From IMG/VR virus record IMGVR_UViG_3300031952_000001, positions 147,983 through 211,982 of that record: a DNA stretch of 64,000 nt; one strand, written 5' to 3'. The notes beneath the pieces were generated by a model that saw nothing but the letters and a program-made list of their open reading frames with translations, made no database searches and was not told the DNA's origin. A program made the translations under genes and the position numbers. Below, in pieces: positions 29,072 through 37,468 of this stretch; the stretch's first letter is position 1; each line of letters starts with the position of its first letter.

Positions 29072-30499
29072 ATGAAGTTCCCGTGCGGCGCAACTCTACT
29101 TCCGGCCCCAACGCAGGACGACATCCAGGTCCGCACGACGGATGACACTGTGCACTACTGCAAGACCCCAGGGGTGTGGACCCCGCTCGCCGGGGGTGCC
29201 TCGGCTGCCTACCGCCTGTACGATGCGGTGGTGAGCGCCATAGGCACTCCCGGCGTAGATTGCGATTTCAACGACGTCCAGTCGGCTGTCAGCTCGGGCG
29301 CGAAGACGATCTACATCCGCAAGGGCACCTACCTCAACGTCGGAGCAGCGCTCACTTTCAACGGCTTGAACAACGTCCGTCTCATCGGAGAGGAGTGGTC
29401 GTCGACCATCATTCAGTCCGATGACTCCTTGAACCATGTCGTCGAGATGTTCAGTTGCAGTGACATGTCCTTCGAGAACATTAAGTTCGAGTTCGCTCTT
29501 CCACTGACTGGTGGGAAGGACGCCATCGTCTACACCGTAGGTGCATGCCACCGCATCAACTTCCGCCGCTGCTGGTTCTCTGGGGACAGCCCCCGCGCGG
29601 CTCCGGGTTTCGTAGAGCGCGGGATCTATTCTATGAACGGTGCGAAGACCTATTGGAATATTGACTGGTGCAGGTTCGACCGGTTGGCTTACTCGGGGAT
29701 GACGCTGTATGACGGCTCCCCGGCGCGGGCTTGCAACTACATCAAGATCATCAACAACACGTTTACGGACGGAAGTGGGAACTTCGGTCTCGACACGTAC
29801 GTTGGCTGCAAGTTCTGGGTCATCTCCTTCAACCACTTCGAGAACCTGAACTCGCCGGTTGCCAGTATTAGCGGGGCGCTGTTTTTTAACGGCCAGGCCG
29901 GCAGCTCGCTCAACCTCAAGCACGCGGTGTCGTTCAATGTCTTCAAGAATGTCCCCCTTGCCTGTCAGTTCGATCATAACTGCCACGAGATCATCATCAA
30001 CGGGAACGTCTTTGACGGTACCGACGTGAACATCCGGTTCTGTCGCAACGACAACACACGGCATCATGTGAGTAACAACTACAACCATGGTGCTACCGCA
30101 CTTAACGTGGACATCGACTATACCAGCTTGGATGTGGACGCCGTCTTCTACCTCGGAGGAAACTGGCAGAACGAGCTGTGGAGGATCGTAGGAGATCCCA
30201 ACCAGCCGGCGTACCTGAACTCTTGGACGTTCGTAACGGCGTCTGCGAACGGCGCTGCGTTCGTCGTGGATGACAGCCACGAGGTCCTCCTCAGAGGGAA
30301 CGTGACGGGTGGCTCCATCGGTACGGTGATCTTCACGTTGCCTCCCAACCACAGACCCCCGGACTACCCCAGGCGCTTCGTCGTTGAGAGCAACGGCGGC
30401 TACGGGCTCGTGGAGGTCAACACGGCTGGGCAGGTGACCGCGCTGGCGGGCGACCCCACTCGGATCTGCTTGGACGGGATCCGGTTCAGAGTGAACTGA
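29072..30499 (+). CDS. tailspike-like beta-helix protein with fibre C-terminal domain
   Basis: VQSAVSSGAKTIYIRKGTY, beta-helix periodicity, C-terminal VLLRG...IFTLPPNHRP. Confidence 0.75.
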   Translation: MKFPCGATLLPAPTQDDIQVRTTDDTVHYCKTPGVWTPLAGGASAAYRLYDAVVSAIGTPGVDCDFNDVQSAVSSGAKTIYIRKGTYLNVGAALTFNGLNNVRLIGEEWSSTIIQSDDSLNHVVEMFSCSDMSFENIKFEFALPLTGGKDAIVYTVGACHRINFRRCWFSGDSPRAAPGFVERGIYSMNGAKTYWNIDWCRFDRLAYSGMTLYDGSPARACNYIKIINNTFTDGSGNFGLDTYVGCKFWVISFNHFENLNSPVASISGALFFNGQAGSSLNLKHAVSFNVFKNVPLACQFDHNCHEIIINGNVFDGTDVNIRFCRNDNTRHHVSNNYNHGATALNVDIDYTSLDVDAVFYLGGNWQNELWRIVGDPNQPAYLNSWTFVTASANGAAFVVDDSHEVLLRGNVTGGSIGTVIFTLPPNHRPPDYPRRFVVESNGGYGLVEVNTAGQVTALAGDPTRICLDGIRFRVN

Positions 30500-30951
30500 T
30501 GGCACGCGGCATAGAAAAATGGGTCACCGGGCAGCAGTACAAGATGGGCGATTTTGTGATCGCCGAAAATCAAGAGCTGTTTGTCTGCATGTTCAACAAC
30601 ACCGCAGGGGCCAACTTCCTGACGGACCTCATCACGAACCACTACTGGGAGTACGTTTCCGCGCGCCAGACCATTCAGCCGGTGAACAGCAACATCGCCA
30701 TCACTCCCGTCCGGCCGTACCTTTACCTCGTGGACTGCTGGAACAACCCGGTCACGATCACCATCGACAGTAGCTTTTCTCCCGAGGGCTTGGAAATCTG
30801 CTTCAAGAAGGTCCGGGGCACGTACCCATTGACGCTGGTGAATGGAGGTGGGACCTTGATCGACGGGCAGGCGTCTTATCCGATCACGCCTCTCATGGAA
30901 ACCCTTCGCATGGTCTACGACACGAACCTGTCGTACTGGTGGATAGTGTGA
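30499..30951 (+). CDS. small virion protein with N-terminal carbohydrate-binding-like motif
   Basis: WVTGQQYKMGDFV (CBM5/12-like WxxxxxYxxGDxV). Confidence 0.6.
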   Translation: MARGIEKWVTGQQYKMGDFVIAENQELFVCMFNNTAGANFLTDLITNHYWEYVSARQTIQPVNSNIAITPVRPYLYLVDCWNNPVTITIDSSFSPEGLEICFKKVRGTYPLTLVNGGGTLIDGQASYPITPLMETLRMVYDTNLSYWWIV

Positions 30952-30958
30952 GGACACC

Positions 30959-32146
30959 ATGAGCTTCAAAGACAAATCGTACAAGAAGGTCATGTACGAC
31001 TCCTTCCTCTGCGTTGCAGTGGATGATCCTGTCGGCGCAGCTCTTTGGTACGGCAGGATGCGACGAACTGCTCCGACTCTCGAAGATGATGAGACGCGCC
31101 TTTTCGGTCATGCGTTCTACGACATCACCTTCCGCATCGGAGGCGCTGTTCTGAACCAGATAGAAGGGCTCACCCTTCCGGCGAACCTCGGGGCTCTGGC
31201 AGCCGCCGTGATGGCAGTGACGCCGAACGGCGGTGGTGTTTACACCCAAAACGCTGTCGTCACCGTGTACGACAAGGTCGACTACTCGATTCCGCGGATC
31301 GAGAAGGTCTACGGTATCAACACCCCCATGTACCAGATTCGGGGGCGGCGGCACGGCCGCGACCATAGGACCGCCGTTGCGCGTCCCTACTCCGCAGGAG
31401 GCCAGCGGTGGCCTGCCCTCTATGATTTCATCCCCGCAGCGTTCCAGGCGTGCTGGGGTATGATCCCAACCACCGTCCCTTCGGACGCCAACGGTGGTTT
31501 CCGAACCCTGTGGACGGGTTCTGATAGTCGGAAGCGCTTTGGTGCTCCGAAGGCCGGAATGGTCACCCAAGGGTATCTTCCCGGGGAGCGTTACTACTAC
31601 GACGATATTGCGAATACCTACAACGACTGCTTTGGTATTGAGATGACCATCGGATCCCCAGTCATCTGTTCCTGGGTGTCTTATGATACGTGGTGGTGGT
31701 ACCTCTACTACCAGCAGGAAAATACAAGAATGGCCTTTATCTATCCGCAGTGCCTTGTATACCCTCTGTACGATTTTGCTAATCCGAACCGCAAGGCCTT
31801 GTTGGTAAAGGCCCTTGGGATCGACAGTGTCCATGTGGACCGTTACGACACCTCACGCTACATGCTGGAGGTCGTTGGGGTTCGCAAGGACCGCACTCCG
31901 AAGCTGTTGAAGCAGTTCAGTGGCTCCCCTGGCGACTACAGTGAGTGGAGGAATGCTTTCAGGATCCCGAAGGCTAGCTGGCTGCCGAAGCAGGGGAGCC
32001 TGATGGGTGCGGGAAGCATCGAAGCCTGGAGGTTGAAGTTCCGTCTTCGTGACACCCTCACGAACCGGGTGGGGGCTTTCTCGAACGCGAGCATCGTACC
32101 GGTCATGAACACCCGGTACCGGAGGTTGTTCTTCATGGTGAAATAA
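30959..32146 (+). CDS. paralog B of the 27487 protein
   Basis: IEKVYGINTPMYQIRGRRH vs ISKIWGINKFYSMLRGREH; VKALGID vs LKPLGID; FRLRDTLT vs FFLRDKTT. Confidence 0.7.
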   Translation: MSFKDKSYKKVMYDSFLCVAVDDPVGAALWYGRMRRTAPTLEDDETRLFGHAFYDITFRIGGAVLNQIEGLTLPANLGALAAAVMAVTPNGGGVYTQNAVVTVYDKVDYSIPRIEKVYGINTPMYQIRGRRHGRDHRTAVARPYSAGGQRWPALYDFIPAAFQACWGMIPTTVPSDANGGFRTLWTGSDSRKRFGAPKAGMVTQGYLPGERYYYDDIANTYNDCFGIEMTIGSPVICSWVSYDTWWWYLYYQQENTRMAFIYPQCLVYPLYDFANPNRKALLVKALGIDSVHVDRYDTSRYMLEVVGVRKDRTPKLLKQFSGSPGDYSEWRNAFRIPKASWLPKQGSLMGAGSIEAWRLKFRLRDTLTNRVGAFSNASIVPVMNTRYRRLFFMVK

Positions 32147-32165
32147 CCATGTTGACATTCAAGTA

Positions 32166-32252
32166 GGTCGCCTGGCTTAAAGTGCGACCGACTGAAGGCC
32201 GCCTGGATTCGAGTGCGGCCGATGGGGAGGCCGCCTGGATTAAAGTGCGGCC
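32166..32252 (+). repeat. triple-hairpin array 2 (3 units, 31-32 bp period)
   Basis: GGTCGC/GCGACC and two GGCCGC/GCGGCC stems around 12-nt CTGG...AGT. Confidence 0.9.
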
Positions 32253-32296
32253 GATGAGAGAAAGGGTTCTGATCTTGCGCCCGGCGGGGCCCGGTG

Positions 32297-32328
32297 TTTT
32301 AGAAATCCGAAACCCGCCATAGTATACT
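32297..32328 (+). promoter_or_regulatory. class II promoter
   Basis: TTTTAGAAATCC-N14-TATACT. Confidence 0.7.
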
Positions 32329-32391
32329 GGGCGCAACCGAGAACATTCGGAGGGCTGGTCCCTTCGTCACAAGTTTGCAAGGAGAAGCAAC

Positions 32392-33051
32392 ATGTACCTG
32401 TACCTCAGATGTCTGGGCTCCACGAACGTGACGGTCACGGGCGACAACAACGTCCCGAACGTCTCTCTCACCAAGGGCGAGACGGAGACGGTGCTGGCGT
32501 CCCAGGCCATGGGCAACGTCGTGTTCTGCGACTCGTGCGCGAGCCTCATCACGAAGGCCCACCTCGAAGTCCGCGTCGGCACGGCCACCGGCCGCATCCT
32601 GACGGCGGCGGAGATGGAAGCCGTGAAGAACGGCACGCTGTTCGATCTCGACGAGGACGGCATGGTCGACGAGGCCGAGCACCTCGCGGGCGTCGAGTTC
32701 ACCATCGATCTGGTGGACGGCGTGACCGAGTGGTCGATGGTCCTCCCGGGCGACGGCTCCAAGCGGTTCATCCCGAAGCGCGCCCTCGTGCTGTGCACCG
32801 AGGACGACACCCTGGCGGCGGACGCGACCCTGAGCATCGGCACGGCTCCGGCCGGCACCCAGTACCTCAACGGCGTGGCGCTCACCGGCCTCAACAACAC
32901 GAACATGGCTATCGAGAAGGTCATCGACGCCACGACGACGGCGATTCCGGCGGTCGCGGACAACGCGACCCTCTACTGCCGTCTCGCAGCGGCGGACACC
33001 GGCACGTCCGGCACCGCGAAGGTCGTGGTCGAGGGCACTTTCGTCGGCTAG
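32392..33051 (+). CDS. putative virion (decoration-like) protein
   Basis: AAGGAG RBS; strongly biased codons; beta-rich C-terminal domain. Confidence 0.7.
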   Translation: MYLYLRCLGSTNVTVTGDNNVPNVSLTKGETETVLASQAMGNVVFCDSCASLITKAHLEVRVGTATGRILTAAEMEAVKNGTLFDLDEDGMVDEAEHLAGVEFTIDLVDGVTEWSMVLPGDGSKRFIPKRALVLCTEDDTLAADATLSIGTAPAGTQYLNGVALTGLNNTNMAIEKVIDATTTAIPAVADNATLYCRLAAADTGTSGTAKVVVEGTFVG

Positions 33052-33129
33052 GACCCACTTCGCGCTAGCATCCAGGTACCCTTTGTTGTATGGTAGGGCC
33101 TCGTCTGTCCTACACAACGAGGTGCCAAC

Positions 33130-33468
33130 ATGCCCGAACTGAAAAACGCCGCTGAGACCGAGGAGGTCATCGGCGGGGACGTTCTTCGGAACTCCATCGA
33201 CATCGTCACGAAGCCCGTCCTGGACCACCTGGAGGCGTCCGTCCTCCGGGCCATGGGGCTCATCACCGAGCAGGCTCCGAACCTGACGGAGCAGGAGAAG
33301 CTCCACTCCGAGGCCATCATGTACGAGACCGCGGCCCTGACCTGCATCGGCCGGGTTCTCCAGATCGCCAACCAGGTCGACGCGGGCCGGCAGCTCGCCC
33401 TCCGGGATTCGCTCTGGAGCCAGCTGGACCTGATGAGGAGCCCTGCCGGTGAGCCAAAAGCGGATTAA
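33130..33468 (+). CDS. hypothetical protein
   Basis: GAGG RBS; codon usage. Confidence 0.6.
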   Translation: MPELKNAAETEEVIGGDVLRNSIDIVTKPVLDHLEASVLRAMGLITEQAPNLTEQEKLHSEAIMYETAALTCIGRVLQIANQVDAGRQLALRDSLWSQLDLMRSPAGEPKAD

Positions 33469-33706
33469 GGACAAGCTGAAGCGCAAGGACGCCGTCCAGG
33501 CGCTCCGCGGGCTCGACTCTGTGAAGCAGCTCCCCGAGCTGCTGAAGCAGGCCTTGGAGGTCAACCAGGCCCTCGTCGAGGAGAACGCCCGGCTCAACGC
33601 CGAGGTCAGCAACATCCTCGAAGAGCACGACCAGCGCTTGACCACCCTGGAGAACGTCCTCGTGAAGAACTTCGCCGCCGCCACAGGAGGGTCTCATGAC
33701 GGGTAA
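33449..33706 (+). CDS. coiled-coil hypothetical protein
   Basis: GAGGAG RBS, GTG start. Confidence 0.6.
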   Translation: MSQKRIKDKLKRKDAVQALRGLDSVKQLPELLKQALEVNQALVEENARLNAEVSNILEEHDQRLTTLENVLVKNFAAATGGSHDG

Positions 33707-34073
33707 CTACATCCACGTCCTACTGGACAAAAATCCAGGTGGTACCGAGGGCCAAGAGATCTGCGGCGGCTGCAAGCTCACCCTTCCGGATGACCTGGTG
33801 GGTTGGGAGGAGTTCCTCAACGGCGAATACGTGCCCGAGCCCCCGAACGCCGAGGGTTACTACCCGGTGCTCATCCTTCCGAAAGGGTATCGAAGGGGTG
33901 AGGTGGTGCTCGTCGAGCATGAAGTCCTTTACGCCCGGCCGGCGCTCCGACGAAGGGACCTCTTCGTGTGGAGCGACCCCAAGCAAGGTGCCCGGATCGA
34001 GAAGCGCTGGAGCGTTCCTCTGCCCAAGATGACCTGCTCCCTGAACAACCCACTTTGGAGGAAGGTGCTATGA
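33696..34073 (+). CDS. hypothetical protein
   Basis: AGGAGG RBS. Confidence 0.6.
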   Translation: MTGNYIHVLLDKNPGGTEGQEICGGCKLTLPDDLVGWEEFLNGEYVPEPPNAEGYYPVLILPKGYRRGEVVLVEHEVLYARPALRRRDLFVWSDPKQGARIEKRWSVPLPKMTCSLNNPLWRKVL

Positions 34074-34312
34074 ACCCAGACCGCGTCATCGTCGAGATCA
34101 AGACCAGCGAGCAGCACGGCAAGGCGTTCTGCGACGAGGGGTGCGACCACTTCGTGCTCTTCGTGAACTTCCCTCCGCAGGGCATCTGCAAGGTCTGCGG
34201 ACCGCTCGCCGAGCCGGACTCCTTGAACCGCTTCCCGCGTCACCTCGCCTGCAAGTACATCTGCGGCGAGGAGGTCCCCGAGCGCTTCTGGAGCCCGATG
34301 AGGGACGGCTGA
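34070..34312 (+). CDS. small cysteine-rich protein
   Basis: ATGA overlap. Confidence 0.55.
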   Translation: MNPDRVIVEIKTSEQHGKAFCDEGCDHFVLFVNFPPQGICKVCGPLAEPDSLNRFPRHLACKYICGEEVPERFWSPMRDG

Positions 34313-34737
34313 TGTCCCGCCTCTCCGAGGTCCTCGCGAAGCTCCAGAGGGAGTGCCCGGTCGGCGAGGACGGCCAGCCCGTCGGCGTCACCTACGAGGC
34401 CATCGTCGAGGCCCTCCGGCTCCACAAGATCGGGGAGGACTGGATCCTCCAGCAGCTCAGAGACATCGTCATCGCGGAGCTTGCGGCCGGCGTGGCTGCC
34501 TACCAAGGCACATGCGGGCCCGAGATCCGCTCTGCAACCCTGCACATCGCCGATGGCCGGCAGCTGGTCGCCTTGCTGAACGGCATCGTGGATGTCCAGG
34601 AGAAGCTCCGAAAGGAGCAGGAGGACTCATGGAAGAGACCAGAGCCACCTGGGTCTGGGTCCGATTCCCCGGACTCGGGAGAATCGAAGCCCAGATCCCC
34701 ATCCCCGCCGACTGCTTCAGCTCCTCAGGAGAGCTGA
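34312..34737 (+). CDS. hypothetical protein
   Basis: TGATG coupling. Confidence 0.55.
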   Translation: MSRLSEVLAKLQRECPVGEDGQPVGVTYEAIVEALRLHKIGEDWILQQLRDIVIAELAAGVAAYQGTCGPEIRSATLHIADGRQLVALLNGIVDVQEKLRKEQEDSWKRPEPPGSGSDSPDSGESKPRSPSPPTASAPQES

Positions 34738-34877
34738 TCAAGGAAGACGCCATCGAGTACGTCGAGCGGTGGATGACCGACGACCTCAAGATGGAGTACG
34801 GCTGCTGCGAGACCCGGGAAGAGATCCCTGAGGTCTCCCCCGGCGAGCACTACTTCGGCATCTCGACCTCCACCTAG
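34629..34877 (+). CDS. hypothetical protein
   Basis: AGGAGG RBS before MEETRATW. Confidence 0.5.
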   Translation: MEETRATWVWVRFPGLGRIEAQIPIPADCFSSSGELIKEDAIEYVERWMTDDLKMEYGCCETREEIPEVSPGEHYFGISTST

Positions 34878-35780
34878 AGTTCAACCCTACCTTTAAGACC
34901 TTCAAGGTACCTTCAACCCTACCTTACCCTAGCCTTCAACCCTACTTTGAAAACCTTCAACCCTACCTTGAACCTTTGTTTTAACCACCACCAAGGTATA
35001 GTCAAGACCCCCTTGGTACCCCTTCTGGGAGCTGAAAATACCATAGGTTTGAACCCTTCAAAGAGGTCTTGACTATACCTTCCTGGCGGTTGCATCGATG
35101 GTTACTATTTTATTAGAAGTTATACGTTTCATAACCCGAAATACTGTCAAAATTATTCAATGATTTATAGCGAACTAGCCTCTTGACTATACCTTGCCGA
35201 CGGTTAGTGGCATACCTTCATAGGGTTGGAAGTCAAGGGGAAGATGGGCCTCAAATTCAACCCTCCCGGGAAGGGTCTTGGGTTGCAACCGCTGGTAAAC
35301 AAGATGTCAAGGCCTTTTGAAGGGTGTTAGAAGGCCTAGCCGCTCAAGGCCGCGCGCCGTGCGCCACTGGTATTCTTGCGCTTTTCAACTGGGTATTGCA
35401 GCTGGTGTCCGTTTTTACAGTATTTCTATCTTTCTAACTCGGTTTTCAACCTTTTCAACCCTGTTTTTGCGTTTTTTGCCGAGGGTATTCCTCAGATCCT
35501 TCAGAACTCTTCAGTTCCTTCAGAGTTCTTCAGGATCTTCAGAATACCCCCAGATGATCTACAGGAACTCTATAGCTATGTACAAGAACCACTTGGGATC
35601 AGGATCGTCCGATCCTATTGATCCAGCTTTGTAAGTTTATTCATCAAAATTAGACTGGGATCGTCTGTACGACTTACCTTTAAGGGGCTCGAAGAGCATT
35701 CAACTTGGGAAAACCCCCGGGGCGATTTTTACATCATTTGGTGATGTATTGGCAAGGTATGCCTACAACCCGTAGGGTTT
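34878..35780. repeat. AT-rich non-coding region with direct and inverted repeats (candidate origin or packaging/terminus region)
   Basis: TTCAACCCTAC(C/T)TT x4; CTTGACTATACCTT x3 (one inverted); phased CTTCAG repeats; GATC cluster. Confidence 0.7.
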
Positions 35781-35808
35781 AAAAATTCAACAGGTCTTGT
35801 AGTACGCT
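35778..35808 (+). promoter_or_regulatory. class II promoter
   Basis: TTTAAAAATTC-N14-TACGCT. Confidence 0.6.
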
Positions 35809-35847
35809 GCGGTTGTGGGCAGAATACTGGATTCAGGAGACTCAACA

Positions 35848-36312
35848 ATGACCAAAGCCACAACCCCTTCGGACTCTCCCGTCGAGCTGGCCCCAGAAGG
35901 ACTCAAGATTCGAGTTCGCTGGAAGTTCATCGTCTCTGTTCTCGGCTTCCTGCTGTGCGGGGGCAGCTTTGCCGGCGTGGCTGCGATGTTCAACGTCGGC
36001 ACCAGCGTTGCCGACGACTTCAGCACTTTCAAGTCCGAGCAGGGCTCTGCGCACCTGCACATCGACTCGGCTCTCGATTCTCAAGACTCGCGTGCGAAAG
36101 CGCAGGACGACAGGATCGAGGGTATCAGCAAGGTGGTCTCCTCCGTCCAGACGACGCAGCAGAGGGACGTTGCCCGTACAGAAGCTCGCCGGCTCACCGA
36201 AAAAATACAAAATCGAATTGAGCGTGAAGAATCGTACGACCGCCTCTACGAGCTAAATCTCAAGCATTTACAACGTGGTGAGGACCCTTGCGGCACCGTG
36301 AGCTGTGATTAG
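35848..36312 (+). CDS. membrane-anchored coiled-coil protein
   Basis: AGGAG RBS; one TM segment (FIVSVLGFLLCGGSFAGVAAMF). Confidence 0.65.
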   Translation: MTKATTPSDSPVELAPEGLKIRVRWKFIVSVLGFLLCGGSFAGVAAMFNVGTSVADDFSTFKSEQGSAHLHIDSALDSQDSRAKAQDDRIEGISKVVSSVQTTQQRDVARTEARRLTEKIQNRIEREESYDRLYELNLKHLQRGEDPCGTVSCD

Positions 36313-36392
36313 CACCTTCGTTTTTGCCGATCATCTCCAGAGCAATCTCGTAACTTAAGATAGAGGGCATTTTTCGCCCAAAGGGAGGATCC

Positions 36393-37181
36393 GTGGAACT
36401 GACCACTCTCCAGCCGGCTTGCAAGATTTGCATCCTGATGCGGTTGGACAGCAACCTGTGGAAGGAGCTGCACCGCAAGGTCATCATCGAGCGGGTCAGC
36501 CGGGCGAAGGCGCTGACGTGGCTCAACCAGCGGGCGGAGATCCTGAACATCACCCGGGAGGAGAACAACTGGGAGCTGTTGCCGACGTTTTCCACCAACG
36601 GCATCGTCAAGCACTTCAAGATGCACATCACGGACTTCACCCAGGTCGAGGCGTACATCGCGGCTCAGAACATGTTCTCTCCCGAGGCTCGGGCGAACCC
36701 CGCGAAGATGGCGCTCCAGGCCTCGGCGGCATCGGAGATGGACGACTATCTCCGCCTGGAGTCCCTGATCTCCGCCTCGGTGGTGCAGCTCGAAAGCTAC
36801 GAGAAGACCTTGTCCGCGGCGGCCAGGAAGAACCAGGGTGACGGCAAGTCGCCGCCCATCGTGAACCTGGAGGAGGTGAAGATTTTCCAGAAGCTGATCC
36901 GGGAGCAGATGGCGATGAAGAAGGAGCTGGCGGTCCTTCAGGCCAAGCAGGCGGTCGCCGGCACCGCCCTCCGGGACGCTCTGGAGCGGGTCGTTGAAGT
37001 TGTTATGAACGCAATTCAGGATTCCATGGTAGAATTGCGGTCGAACCTGCACCAGCAGTACGCGAACCCGGAGTGGGGCGAGAAGCTGGCGAGGATGGTG
37101 GCCTACAAGATCGGGGAGCCCTTGAAGGCGTCGATCCCCTCGATTTTGGACGAGGTCTACAAGAAGTACAAAATACGATGA
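36393..37181 (+). CDS. candidate terminase small subunit
   Basis: N-terminal CKIC plus helical domain; lies two genes upstream of terL; function inferred mainly from position. Confidence 0.45.
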   Translation: MELTTLQPACKICILMRLDSNLWKELHRKVIIERVSRAKALTWLNQRAEILNITREENNWELLPTFSTNGIVKHFKMHITDFTQVEAYIAAQNMFSPEARANPAKMALQASAASEMDDYLRLESLISASVVQLESYEKTLSAAARKNQGDGKSPPIVNLEEVKIFQKLIREQMAMKKELAVLQAKQAVAGTALRDALERVVEVVMNAIQDSMVELRSNLHQQYANPEWGEKLARMVAYKIGEPLKASIPSILDEVYKKYKIR

Positions 37182-37468
37182 GCCCAGTCACAAAGACCTT
37201 CACCCATGATCACGTCGTCCGCGACCCTGCGGGGAAACCGGTCGGCCGCGCGATCCTACTCAACGACAAGGGCTACACCGAGGGAGCCCCGCTTCCGGTG
37301 GCGGTCCTGCTCGTCCCGGTGACCGCGACGAAGAACATCCGGAGCTTCGTGTTCTACATCGACGGCATCGCGTACAGGATCCCGCAGGACACGCCTCAAG
37401 GGCGGATACTGCTCTCAGAGGGCATGCACAAGGTCAACCACGTTGTGCTCCAGAAAGTGAACCCGTAA
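37178..37468 (+). CDS. hypothetical protein
   Basis: Coupled to both neighbours. Confidence 0.6.
   Translation: MSPVTKTFTHDHVVRDPAGKPVGRAILLNDKGYTEGAPLPVAVLLVPVTATKNIRSFVFYIDGIAYRIPQDTPQGRILLSEGMHKVNHVVLQKVNP

Noticed and set aside
28939-32252. Hairpin arrays as CRISPR mini-arrays or TIGR arrays
   Set aside because: Linkers are only 6-8 nt, the interiors are conserved rather than variable, and there are no cas/tas genes in the window.
35317-35634. ORFs within the AT-rich repeat region
   Set aside because: Atypical composition, no RBS, and translations reflect the DNA repeats.
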